NCBI GenBank assembly: GCA_963796275.1
Contig: CAWCKY010000007.1
Span: forward strand, 608,001-672,000
From: an uncultured Acidobacteriota bacterium
Lineage (GTDB): Bacteria; Acidobacteriota; Blastocatellia; RBC074
DNA: 64,000 bases
Direction of reading: 5' to 3'
The translations under genes were made by a program, and so were the position numbers. Positions 1-13,457 of this stretch are shown here, in pieces; the first letter of the stretch is position 1; every line of letters begins with the position of its first letter. The notes under the pieces were generated by a model. The model searched no databases. It was not told the origin of the DNA and was given only the letters and a program-made list of their open reading frames with translations.

Positions 1-1
1 A

Positions 2-112
2 CACGGGAACATCCCATCGATTGGCGACTTCGAGGACTGCCTGTACATCATCGGTATGGCGAGGTATGACGACGCCGATCGGTTCTACCTGATACATAGA
101 GGCGTCAGTTGA
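2..112 (+). CDS. 3' end of a gene running in from the left edge (HGNIPSIGDFEDCLYIIGMARYDDADRFYLIHRGVS*)
   Basis: Open frame from the window edge to TGA at 110-112; no recognisable motif. Confidence 0.3.
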   Translation, partial: HGNIPSIGDFEDCLYIIGMARYDDADRFYLIHRGVS

Positions 113-404
113 GTAGAGCAGCCGTGAATAGGTGTCGAAGCGGATATCACCTTTAACGACACGCCGTAGTTCTCGTTTGAGGTCTGTCATATTACGAATC
201 CTATCCTGAGGCTGGTGTGATGAAAAGTACGGAGATTTGATTTCGCTTGAAATCCGGCGGTAGAGACAGATATATGAGTTCAAAATTACAAATTTAATTT
301 GAATTCTCAGATATGCATCGCCGGCCGGTTTTAGTATCCATCGATGTGAAATCCGCTATAATCTGGGGCGTCTTAATCAATTTGCGTGGGGAAGAGGAGC
401 ATGA

Positions 405-1655
405 ATGAGTCTCGCGATCATTTCCTTGTTAGCCCTCCTGGTGGCTATCGTTTTGAGCTGCACGACGACGATCAACGTTGGTCTGCTCTCGATGGTCTTC
501 GCGTGGATCATCGGCGTCTATTTGGGGGGGATGGAGGTCAAGGCGATCCGGGCAGGGTTCCCGACGGACTTATTTCTGACGCTCGTGGGGGTCACGCTGC
601 TATTCGCCCAGGCCCAGGTAAACGGGACGCTGGAGCGCATTACACATCACGGCGTTAAAAGTTGCCGGGGGAATATCGGCTTGATGCCGCTTCTGTTCTT
701 TCTCCTGGCCCTCGCTATCGCTACAGTCGGGGCGGGCAATATTGCGGGCGCGGCGCTGGTGGCGCCGATGGCGATGGCGACTGCCGGGCGGGTGAAAATT
801 CCCGCCATAGTGATGACGATTATGGTCGCGCACGGCGCGCTGGCGGGCGCGTTATCGCCCTTCGCGCCGACCGGGATAATCGTCAATAACATCATGGCGA
901 ATATCGGGTTGGGCGGTCGAGAGTGGCAGACATTCCTCTTCAACATGCTGGCTAGCGCCGCCATGGCGATTTTCGGCTTCTTGGTCTTCGGCGGTTTGCG
1001 GCTCTTTCGACGCCCCGGTATGGCGGACCAAGAGTCTTCGAGTGAACAGCCGTCGTTTGAGGTGCGCCATTGGATAACGATCGCCGTCATCGCGGTACTG
1101 GTGTTGAGCGTTGTCATATTTCGCGTCGATGTGGGAATGGGAGCATTCGCGGGCGTCGCGGTGCTCGCCATCCTGCGCACGAGCGATGAAATCGCGGCCA
1201 TCCGCGCCATGCCCTGGGGTGTGATTCTCATGGTCTGTGGCGTGACGGTCTTGACGAGCTTGCTCGAAAAGACCGGCGGGATGGACCTTTTCAGCACTCT
1301 CCTCGCGAAGCTCGCGACACAGGGCACGATCAATGGGATTATCGGGTTTGTCACGGGGCTGGTTTCGATCTATAGCAGCACTTCGGGAGTCGTACTGCCC
1401 GCCTTCCTGCCGGCCGTCCCAGGTCTGGTAGAAAAACTGGGAGGAGGCGAACCGCTCGCCATTTCGTGGTCGATGATCATCGGCGGCCATCTGGTCGATG
1501 GATCGCCGCTCTCGACGATCGGCGCGATCTGTGTTGCCAGCGCGCCGGCATCCGAAGATCGCCGCAGCCTCTTCAACAAAACGCTCTACTGGGGCCTGTC
1601 GATGTCGATCGCAGGCGCGCTGATATGCCAGATTTTTTTCGGGTTGTTGTGGTAG
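405..1655 (+). CDS. SLC13/MatC-like dicarboxylate (C4/malonate) transporter
   Basis: 416 aa, about 12 hydrophobic segments; INVGLL and FAQAQVNGTLE N-terminal motif and SPLSTIGA C-terminal motif typical of MatC/IT superfamily; GAGGAG RBS upstream. Confidence 0.8.
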   Translation: MSLAIISLLALLVAIVLSCTTTINVGLLSMVFAWIIGVYLGGMEVKAIRAGFPTDLFLTLVGVTLLFAQAQVNGTLERITHHGVKSCRGNIGLMPLLFFLLALAIATVGAGNIAGAALVAPMAMATAGRVKIPAIVMTIMVAHGALAGALSPFAPTGIIVNNIMANIGLGGREWQTFLFNMLASAAMAIFGFLVFGGLRLFRRPGMADQESSSEQPSFEVRHWITIAVIAVLVLSVVIFRVDVGMGAFAGVAVLAILRTSDEIAAIRAMPWGVILMVCGVTVLTSLLEKTGGMDLFSTLLAKLATQGTINGIIGFVTGLVSIYSSTSGVVLPAFLPAVPGLVEKLGGGEPLAISWSMIIGGHLVDGSPLSTIGAICVASAPASEDRRSLFNKTLYWGLSMSIAGALICQIFFGLLW

Positions 1656-1695
1656 CGGTTGAGAGAGTTTTCAGTTTTCAGTTTAAAGTTTTCCT

Positions 1696-1873
1696 TTCGC
1701 CGCGTAGCGGCGGTTGATTGTAGCCGTGGGTTTTAACCCACGGAAGCTTGAATGATATTCCCGCGTCGCGTTAGCGACGCCTGAATTCAACCGTCGCTGA
1801 CGCGACGTGAAAAAATCTACCGCCACCGTGGGTTAAAACCCACGGCTACAATCAACCGCCGCTACGCGGCGAA
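1696..1873. repeat. REP doublet (REPIN/BIME-like): perfect 48-bp inverted repeats containing GTAG-type REP hairpins
   Basis: 1696-1743 is the exact reverse complement of 1826-1873; each arm has GTAG followed by the hairpin CCGTGGGTTTTAACCCACGG; internal CGTCGCGTTAGCGACG / CGTCGCTGACGCGACG palindromes. Confidence 0.85.
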
Positions 1874-2721
1874 GAGGCTGAGCAGTTACGTTCAGTTTTT
1901 AGTTTTTAGCTGCGCTGTCTCGATCAACAACTGAAAACTAAAAACTAAAAAACTAACAACAAAGCCTTACGTGGGTTAAAACCGGTTAAAACCCACGGCT
2001 ACAATCAACCGCCGCTACGCGGCGAAGAGGCTGAGCAGTTACGTTCAGTTTTTAGTTTTTAGCTGCGCTGTCTCGATCAACAACTGAAAACTAAAAACTA
2101 AAAAACTAACAACAAAGCCTTACGTGGGTTAAAACCGGTTAAAACCCACGGCTACAATCAACCGCCGCTACGCGGCGAAGAGGCTGAGCAGTTACGTTCA
2201 GTTTTTAGTATTTAGCTGCGCTGTCTCGATCAGCAACTGAAAACTAAAAACTAAAAAACTAACAACAAAGCCTTACGTGGGTTAAAACCGGTTAAAACCC
2301 ACGGCTACAATCAACCGCCGCTAACGCGGCGAAGAGGCTGAGCAGTTACGTTCAGTTTTTAGTTTTTAGCTGCGCTGTCTCGATCAACAACTGAAAACTA
2401 AAAACTAAAAAACTAACAACAAAGCCTTACGTGGGTTAAAACTGTTAAAACCCACGGCTACAATCAACCGCCGCTAACGCGGCGAAGAGGCTGAGCAGTT
2501 ACGTTCAGTTTTTAGTTTTTAGCTGCGCTGTCTCGATCAACAACTGAAAACTAAAAACTAAAAAACTAACAACAAAGCCTTACGTGGGTTAAAACCGGTT
2601 AAAACCCACGGCTACAATCAACCGCCGCTACGCGGCGAAGAGGCTGAGCAGTTACGTTCAGTTTTTAGTATTTAGCTGCGCTGTCTCGATCAGCAACTGA
2701 AAACTAAAAACTGAAAACTAG
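1831..2721. repeat. Tandem array of about 5.8 copies of a 153-154 bp unit (REP arm plus heptamer hairpin)
   Basis: Unit starts (G/T)GTTAAAACCCACGGCTAC at about 1831, 1984, 2137, 2290, 2443 and 2597; units are near-identical with no unique spacers. Confidence 0.95.
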
Positions 2722-2722
2722 T

Positions 2723-3826
2723 ATGGAACCTGTCAGACAGATCATAGAGAGCTACAATCCGAACCAAGATCTGGCTGAGGCATCAACGATCCCGGCGTCC
2801 TGGTATCTCGATCCGCGTATTATGGAGATCGAGCGACGGACAGTTTTCGCGAGATCCTGGCAGTTGATCGGGCGCAGCGAACAGGTTGGCGAACCGGGAC
2901 AGTTTATTACACGGGATATCGGCGGAGAGCCTCTTCTGATAGTCAGAGGGGAAGACGAGGTACTGCGGGGTTTCTTCAATGTCTGTCGCCACCACGCCGC
3001 GGCGGTTATGACCGAGCGCGAGGGAAGGGCGCGCAGCCTGCGCTGCCCCTATCACGGCTGGACTTATTCGCTCGCGGGCGAGCTTCGCGGGACGCCCGAT
3101 TTCGGAGGCGTCTGCCACTTCGATCGCGGGGCAAACAGTCTTGCTACCATCGAGACCGGAATCTGGGATGAGCTGGTATTCGCGAAGATCGAACGCGGAG
3201 GACCATCGCTCCTTGATTATCTCGGCTCCGACCTGATTCGACAGATGCCCGCATTCGCTAATCTCCATTGGATGGAGACCCGCCGCTACGAGCTTGCCTG
3301 CAACTGGAAGGTTTTCGTCGATAACTACCTCGATGGCGGCTATCACATACCTTATATTCATAAGGGTCTCGACAGCGTTCTCGATTACAACAGTTACACG
3401 ATCGAGAACGGAGAACGATACTGTGTGCAATCGAGCGCGGTGGTTGCGAAGGCGAGCGACGCGCAGACGGGTGCTGTGCGCAAGGGCGCTCGCGCTCTCT
3501 ACTGTTGGGTATATCCGAACCTAATGATTAACTGGTATGAAGGAGTGATGGATACCAATCTCGTTATACCGTGCGGAGTCGACCGGTGTGAGGTCGTATT
3601 CGATTTCTATTTTACCGACATCTCCGAGATTGCCAGGTCGCATAATCTTGCGAGCATCGCCGTGAGCGAACGGATACAGAATGAGGACGTCTCTATCTGC
3701 GAGTCGGTTCAGCGGGGCCTGGCATCTCGATCATACAGCGCCGGGCGGCTCTCGGTCAGGCGAGAGGCCGGTGAGCATCTTTTCCATAAACTGCTTTATA
3801 CCGATTTAAGCGGCGATAGTGCATAA
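2723..3826 (+). CDS. Rieske non-heme iron oxygenase alpha subunit (choline monooxygenase-like)
   Basis: Rieske CRHH...CPYHGW motif; mononuclear Fe motif NWK...DGGYHIPYIH...ED. Confidence 0.9.
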   Translation: MEPVRQIIESYNPNQDLAEASTIPASWYLDPRIMEIERRTVFARSWQLIGRSEQVGEPGQFITRDIGGEPLLIVRGEDEVLRGFFNVCRHHAAAVMTEREGRARSLRCPYHGWTYSLAGELRGTPDFGGVCHFDRGANSLATIETGIWDELVFAKIERGGPSLLDYLGSDLIRQMPAFANLHWMETRRYELACNWKVFVDNYLDGGYHIPYIHKGLDSVLDYNSYTIENGERYCVQSSAVVAKASDAQTGAVRKGARALYCWVYPNLMINWYEGVMDTNLVIPCGVDRCEVVFDFYFTDISEIARSHNLASIAVSERIQNEDVSICESVQRGLASRSYSAGRLSVRREAGEHLFHKLLYTDLSGDSA

Positions 3827-3943
3827 TTATAGGGGAGATTCACCGCAAAATAACAAAACGGACAAAGCCGACTATCTCCAATATTTATACTTTCTGTTTT
3901 GTTTTTTATGCGGGGAAAACATCCATTTCATCAAAGAGGTGCG

Positions 3944-4915
3944 ATGAATACGGAACGAGTGATTACTAACCAGGCCGATGAGCGAAAACCGCGCGCCGCC
4001 ATTCACTGCCGTGGTCTTAGCAAACGATACAGCGATGTCACGGCTGTCGATGGCCTCGATCTTGAAGTCTACGCCGGCGAGTGCTTCGGATTACTGGGGC
4101 CGAATGGAGCGGGAAAGACTACTACCATCGAGATACTCGAGGGGCTCACTAAACCGGATGCGGGCGAGGTTAAGCTGTTCGAATTGTGCTGGGGCAGCGG
4201 CCACGATCAAAGGCTGCGGGGATGGATCGGCGTGCAGTTACAGCAGACCGAGCTGGCTGATAAGTTAACCGTGGAAGAGACCGTCAAACTCTTTCGCAGC
4301 TTTTATGAGCGCGGTCGCGATGTCGATGAGGTCATCCGCACTGTCGCACTCGAAGAAAAAAGTAAATCCCACGTGGGCAAACTATCAGGAGGGCAGAAAC
4401 AACGAATGGCGATCGCCTGCGCGCTGGTGAGCGATCCCTACCTGCTTTTTCTCGATGAGCCGACAACGGGTCTCGATCCGCAAGCTCGTCTGCAGCTCTG
4501 GGAAGTGATTGAAAAGTTTCGTAAACGCGGAGGCACGACGCTTTTGACGACTCATTACATGGAGGAAGCCGCGCGTTTGTGCGATCGGATAGCGATTATG
4601 GACCACGGGCGCGTTATCGCATTGGGTACCCCGGCTGAGCTGATCGCCTCGCTCGGGGCCGATCAGATCATAGAGATCAAGGGCGACTCGGGCCAGTTGC
4701 ACGAGGAGGAGCTCTCGCAATTGACGGGCGTGCTCGGCGTGCGCGCCAAGGAAGGCGGCTTTCTACTCACCGTATCGCAGATCGGTGAGGCATTGCCGTC
4801 GTTGCTCGCCCAACTCGAAAGGCAGAACGTCAAACTCGATCAACTCACGACTCACCAGGCGACGCTCGAGGATGTCTTTGTCAACCTTACCGGAAGGATG
4901 TTGCGCGATGGATGA
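3944..4915 (+). CDS. ABC-2 type exporter ATP-binding protein
   Basis: Walker A GPNGAGKT, signature LSGGQKQR, Walker B LFLDEPT; start placed at ATG 3944 after GAGGT. Confidence 0.92.
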   Translation: MNTERVITNQADERKPRAAIHCRGLSKRYSDVTAVDGLDLEVYAGECFGLLGPNGAGKTTTIEILEGLTKPDAGEVKLFELCWGSGHDQRLRGWIGVQLQQTELADKLTVEETVKLFRSFYERGRDVDEVIRTVALEEKSKSHVGKLSGGQKQRMAIACALVSDPYLLFLDEPTTGLDPQARLQLWEVIEKFRKRGGTTLLTTHYMEEAARLCDRIAIMDHGRVIALGTPAELIASLGADQIIEIKGDSGQLHEEELSQLTGVLGVRAKEGGFLLTVSQIGEALPSLLAQLERQNVKLDQLTTHQATLEDVFVNLTGRMLRDG

Positions 4916-6050
4916 TATCCAGCAGAGAATTTTAAACAACGATGTGAGGGATGAGGAGTCCGAAAGCGCGGACGTAGCGCCGGCGCCGAAAGGCAATAAA
5001 CATCCCATCCTTGAATTGACTCTGGCGCGGATGCGCGAGTTCTGGCGGCAGCCCACGGCGATCTTCTGGGTATTCGGGTTTCCCGTGCTGCTCGCTTTCG
5101 TGCTCGGCATTGCGTTCCGTGATTCTGGGCCCGAGAAGATGCAAGTCGCGGTGGAAAACAGCGCGGCCAACGCGCCCGACATCGCGGCCACTATCGCCCG
5201 CGCGCCGGAGCTTCAACCCATCGTCCTGTCGCCTGCCGAAGCAACCAACGCGCTGCGCACGGGCCAGGTCGCTCTGGTGGTTCGGTGGGGCGAACTCGAA
5301 GGCCGTGGATCTCAGACGGGCTTCGACTACCGGTTCGATCCGACGCGCCCCGAAAGCCGAGTAGCCCGGCTGGCCGTCGATGACGTGCTCCAGCGGGCCG
5401 CCGGCCGCGTGGATGCTACAGTTGCGCGCGATCAAGTTTTCAATGAACCGGGAGCTCGATACATCGATTTTCTGATACCCGGTTTGGTCGGATTGAACTT
5501 GATGAGCAGCGGTTTGTGGGGGTTGGGGTTCGCCATCGTGCAGGCGCGCACGCAGAGATTGCTCAAGAGATTGGCCGCCACGCCGATGCGGCGCTGGCAT
5601 TATCTCTTATCTTTTGTTCTCTCGCGTTTGATCTTCCTGGTGCTGGAAGTCGCGGCGATTTTCCTGTTCGCATATTTCGTTTTCGATGTGAGAGTGCATG
5701 GCTCCTTGCTTAACGTAACTCTCGTCGCATTGACCGGCTCGTTGGCTTTCTCCGGGATAGGACTGCTCGTGGGCGCGCGCACGAAGACGATTGAAGGCGC
5801 GTCGGGCTTGATGAACCTCGTGATGTTGCCGATGTGGCTGTTGTCGGGCAGTTTCTTTTCCTCTGCGAAATTTCCCGAAGTTCTGCAGCCGTTCATCAAA
5901 GCATTGCCATTGACTGCGCTCAACGACGCATTGCGCGCGGTCATGAACGACGGAGCCGGACTCGCTGCAGTTGGCGTCAACCTCGGCATCCTATTGTTGT
6001 GGGGCGTAGTGAGTTTCATCATCGCCTTGCGTATTTTTCGCTGGCAATAA
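4908..6050 (+). CDS. ABC-2 type exporter permease
   Basis: N-terminal TM, extracytoplasmic loop, YIDFLIPG motif and several C-terminal TMs; overlaps the ATPase stop. Confidence 0.9.
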   Translation: MDDIQQRILNNDVRDEESESADVAPAPKGNKHPILELTLARMREFWRQPTAIFWVFGFPVLLAFVLGIAFRDSGPEKMQVAVENSAANAPDIAATIARAPELQPIVLSPAEATNALRTGQVALVVRWGELEGRGSQTGFDYRFDPTRPESRVARLAVDDVLQRAAGRVDATVARDQVFNEPGARYIDFLIPGLVGLNLMSSGLWGLGFAIVQARTQRLLKRLAATPMRRWHYLLSFVLSRLIFLVLEVAAIFLFAYFVFDVRVHGSLLNVTLVALTGSLAFSGIGLLVGARTKTIEGASGLMNLVMLPMWLLSGSFFSSAKFPEVLQPFIKALPLTALNDALRAVMNDGAGLAAVGVNLGILLLWGVVSFIIALRIFRWQ

Positions 6051-6330
6051 CTCCTTTCATAAAAAATACGTAGATTTACCTAGCAAAATTACGCATTTTT
6101 CCTGATACACAAGTCAAAACATCTTGCGTATTATCCACTCATCCTAAGAAGAAAAAAATTCGTGTGAGTGAATAGTAGGCCTGGGATGCTATTCATAAAG
6201 GCTCGTGCCAAGTTGAAAAGGCAGGGCTGCGTGCAGTCCTGCCTACTTTATGAGCGTGTGAATAGCGTGTGAATAGAAGGCAGCTTGGGGAAGGAGAGAG
6301 TTACAAGATTGCGGAATACCGCAATCGGAA

Positions 6331-6511
6331 ATTAGCCGGTGATTCAATTGCATGACAGTAGTTTTGTTGGGGAACTCGTCAGAAAAGTACTTTGGGCCAG
6401 GGAGGCCAAAGCCATTTGGGATTTAGAGGAGAAAATGGTTTTGGTGGTCCAGGTGCATGCCGGTAATGTAAAGGAGGAGCATTACCGGTAGCAGTTGATT
6501 CATCGGCTAAT
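6331..6511 (+). ncRNA. Candidate structured RNA, copy 1 (four-way junction with GGA-rich loops)
   Basis: Closing stem ATTAGCCGGTGATTCAATTGC / GCAGTTGATTCATCGGCTAAT with G-U pairs on +; inner stems TGAC/GTCA, CCAAAGCCATTT/AAATGGTTTTGG and TGCCGGTAATG/CATTACCGGTA; same architecture as 6613-6792. Confidence 0.7.
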
Positions 6512-6574
6512 ACGAAATTCAGAGGTTCAGTACCTTCGTTTTATGCCGCTTGTGCGATGACCTGAGACAAGGAC

Positions 6575-6607
6575 AGCTGCCGGGAGGGCAAAGTCCTCCC
6601 GGCAGTT
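6575..6607 (+). other. Strong GC hairpin between the two structured RNA copies
   Basis: AGCTGCCGGGAGGGC-AAA-GTCCTCCCGGCAGTT, with G-U pairs on the + strand; no long U-tract. Confidence 0.6.
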
Positions 6608-6612
6608 AAAAG

Positions 6613-6792
6613 ATTAGTCAGTGATTCAACTACCTGATGGTGCTTTTTAGGAAGTCCACCATCATTTAAGCGCGATTGACCAGGGAGGCCAGGCTATTGG
6701 GATTCGAGGGAAAGCGCCTGGTGGTTTGAGCGCTTTGCTGTTAATGAATGGAGGAGCATTTTCAGCGACGGGTAGTTGAATCACCGACTAAT
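6613..6792 (+). ncRNA. Candidate structured RNA, copy 2
   Basis: Closing stem ATTAGTCAGTGATTCAACTACC / GGTAGTTGAATCACCGACTAAT; inner stems TGATGGTG/CACCATCA, AAGCGC/GCGCTT, CCAGGC/GCCTGG and GCTG..AATG/CATT..CAGC; loop motifs match copy 1. Confidence 0.7.
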
Positions 6793-6806
6793 GTATCTTT
6801 GATACT

Positions 6807-7473
6807 ATGGTCTTGAGGGCAATCATTGCAGTGTATCTGATCCTAACCGTGTTCGAGGTATTTACCTCAGCTCAGGATAAACGGATCGAAATCTCAGCCA
6901 CGGGTGGTTTCACATTCAGCAATTCAATTCCAGCCGATGAAATCCTGTTTGGAGATGGCAGCCGAATAATCGACGAAGTCGGACCCAAGAGCGGTTATTC
7001 GTGGGGATTTCAGGGAGATTATTCCATCACCAACCGAATAGCGGCGGGCTTCCTCTGGAACCGGCAGCAGAGCAGACTCAGGTTCGGATTCATTTTCTAT
7101 GACAGTATCGATTTCACCGATATGACGATCGACAACTATCACGGAGTTGTCACCTACCACTTCGCTGACAGGGATGCGAATTTTCGCCCTTTCGTCTTCG
7201 GCGGCTTTGGCGCAACCCGGTACGCTCCGAGCACCATTGGGACTATCGAATTTGCCGACGAGTTAGAATACTCAACTACCTGGGGCGGCGGTCTCAAGTT
7301 TTATCCGGCGTCAAAAGTCGGTTTCAAGCTAGGCGTACGTTGGACTCCGACTCATATCAGGATCTGACACATCCGGGATCTGGTGCAACCCACGCTTCGG
7401 CTGCTGGCTCATCAACCCGTCAGTATACTCGAATCAGGTAGAACTCGGCGCAGGCATACTCTTTCGTTTTTAA
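6807..7473 (+). CDS. Outer-membrane beta-barrel protein (OmpW/OmpA-like), with a +1 frameshift near 7360
   Basis: Signal peptide and amphipathic strands; after one extra base the frame continues SDTSGIWCNPRFGCWLINPSVYSNQVELGAGILFRF* with the C-terminal Phe beta-signal. Confidence 0.75.
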
Positions 7474-7741
7474 TTTCCCCTTCCGTTCCGCTCTTCAATT
7501 TTTTCAGCAAAATTTGGTAAACTGGCCTCTCCAGAGACACGAAGTAATTACACGTAAATAGGAGAATCTTGGAAGTCCAGCTCGGGTTTGGCCTTTGCGA
7601 ATCAAATCCGGCGTAGGGGCAGACCTGTTTATTACTCGTTTGTCTGCCCGATGCGTTTTTTGTGAAGCTGCGGCAGGCGAACATGTCTGCCCACGCTGGG
7701 GTTTCAAAGACCATCACCGGGCTATCCCGCAACGAGAGGCT

Positions 7742-12268
<4,527 letters not shown>

Positions 12269-12307
12269 ATACCGACCAAAAAAATAAATATACAGATCAA
12301 ATTGGAT

Positions 12308-12376
12308 AAGGACGCAAGAGCGGAAGACGAAAAAACGATTATTTACGTCTTCACTTTTGCGTCTTTTTCCCTTTTC
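12308..12376 (+). terminator. Probable intrinsic terminator after the large cytochrome gene
   Basis: AAGGACGCAAGAG..GAAGACG / CGTCTTC.CTTTTGCGTCTTT stem followed by a T-rich tract. Confidence 0.5.
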
Positions 12377-12400
12377 TGTCGCATCTGTATCGATGCATCA

Positions 12401-12430
12401 TTGACATGAACATTCGTCAGATGCTTTAAT
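12401..12430 (+). promoter_or_regulatory. Candidate sigma70 promoter for the response regulator
   Basis: TTGACA at 12401, 18-bp spacer, extended -10 TG-C-TTTAAT. Confidence 0.55.
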
Positions 12431-12623
12431 AGCCACTCCAACAAAACAAAATCACCTAGTCGAACATGAAGTATTCCTCTGAGGCAAAATCCTGAAATCT
12501 AGCTTCAGGAGAGAGGTTTGCGTATACGTTTTAATAAGTTCTACTGCTACTCCCAATCGGAAGAACTACCAGCGATTTTATCCTCAGTCTAATCATAATT
12601 TCATTACAGGGAAGGAGTATAAA

Positions 12624-13271
12624 ATGATACGAGTATTGCTTGCTGATGATCATGATGTAGTCCGTCAGGGCCTTCATAAAATACTGGAAGACCATCTCGA
12701 CTGGGAGGTGTGCGGTGAAGCATCGAACGGGAGGGAAGCCGTAGATATGGCGCGGAAGCTGAAACCCGATGTCGCGGTCATCGACCTTTCGATGCCCGAA
12801 TTGAATGGGCTAGAGGCGACCCGAGAGATCCGCAAAGAATTGCCGGAAACGGAAGTACTTGTACTTACGATGCATGAAAACGACGAATTGATACGAGAAT
12901 CCCTCATCGCAGGAGCCCGTGGTTATGTGTTGAAGACCGATGCCGGGCGCCGTCTGGTTGATGCCATCGAGGCGCTCTCACGACATCAACCGTTTTTTAC
13001 CGCCAAAGTTTCGGCCACGTTGCTCGATGCATTCCGCGAATATGGAGCTAAGCGCGAGAAGACGTCGGTCTTCAGCGTGCTCACTGACCGCGAGCGGAGG
13101 GTCATTCAATTATTGGCCGAGGGCAATCGGAGCAAACAGATCGCCACGCTGCTCGGAATAAGCGTCAAGACCGTGGAATCTCACCGGGCTACAATAATGC
13201 GCAAACTCGGCCTCCATTCCGTTACTGAACTCGTTCATTATGCGATCCGCAATATGCTGGTCGAGGCTTGA
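12624..13271 (+). CDS. NarL/FixJ-family response regulator (orphan)
   Basis: Receiver domain LADDH...IDLSMP..GLEAT; LuxR HTH LTDRE...ISVKTVESHR. Confidence 0.93.
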   Translation: MIRVLLADDHDVVRQGLHKILEDHLDWEVCGEASNGREAVDMARKLKPDVAVIDLSMPELNGLEATREIRKELPETEVLVLTMHENDELIRESLIAGARGYVLKTDAGRRLVDAIEALSRHQPFFTAKVSATLLDAFREYGAKREKTSVFSVLTDRERRVIQLLAEGNRSKQIATLLGISVKTVESHRATIMRKLGLHSVTELVHYAIRNMLVEA

Positions 13272-13349
13272 TTAAATGGCAGGAGATGGCAGGAGCGGGA
13301 GGATGTGTGTAATGGTTTAATGCCGATTCACCGCCGAAACGGGAACGCT

Positions 13350-13398
13350 GGGGAGATGCAGAGGTTTACCCTCAGTCCGGTAAACTCTGCATCTCCTC
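13350..13398. terminator. Hairpin between convergent genes
   Basis: GGAGATGCAGAG.TTTACC / GGTAAACTCTGCATCTCC inverted repeat. Confidence 0.5.
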
Positions 13399-13457
13399 AA
13401 CACTTTCTTCGACATAACGGGGGAACCGTTTAATCTCAACTTATAGATTGGTGAGTT

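Noticed and set aside
1831-2721. CRISPR array
   Set aside because: Units repeat in full with no unique spacers, the period is 153 bp, and no cas genes are present.
6435-6492. Small ORF MVLVVQVHAGNVKEEHYR behind GAGGAG (type I toxin or leader peptide)
   Set aside because: The ATG and frame are not conserved in copy 2, and minus-strand mini-ORFs also differ between copies, whereas the structure is conserved.
6331-6792. Known tandem riboswitch (glycine, lysine, cobalamin, T-box) or minus-strand cuckoo (CCUCCUCCC) RNA
   Set aside because: I could not find the hallmark motifs of those riboswitches, and G-U pairs favour the + strand. A Rfam scan is still needed.
7595-7741. Longer N-terminus of the 1557-aa ORF
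   Set aside because: The upstream start is non-ATG without an RBS; ATG 7742 has an RBS and places the hydrophobic signal near the N-terminus.
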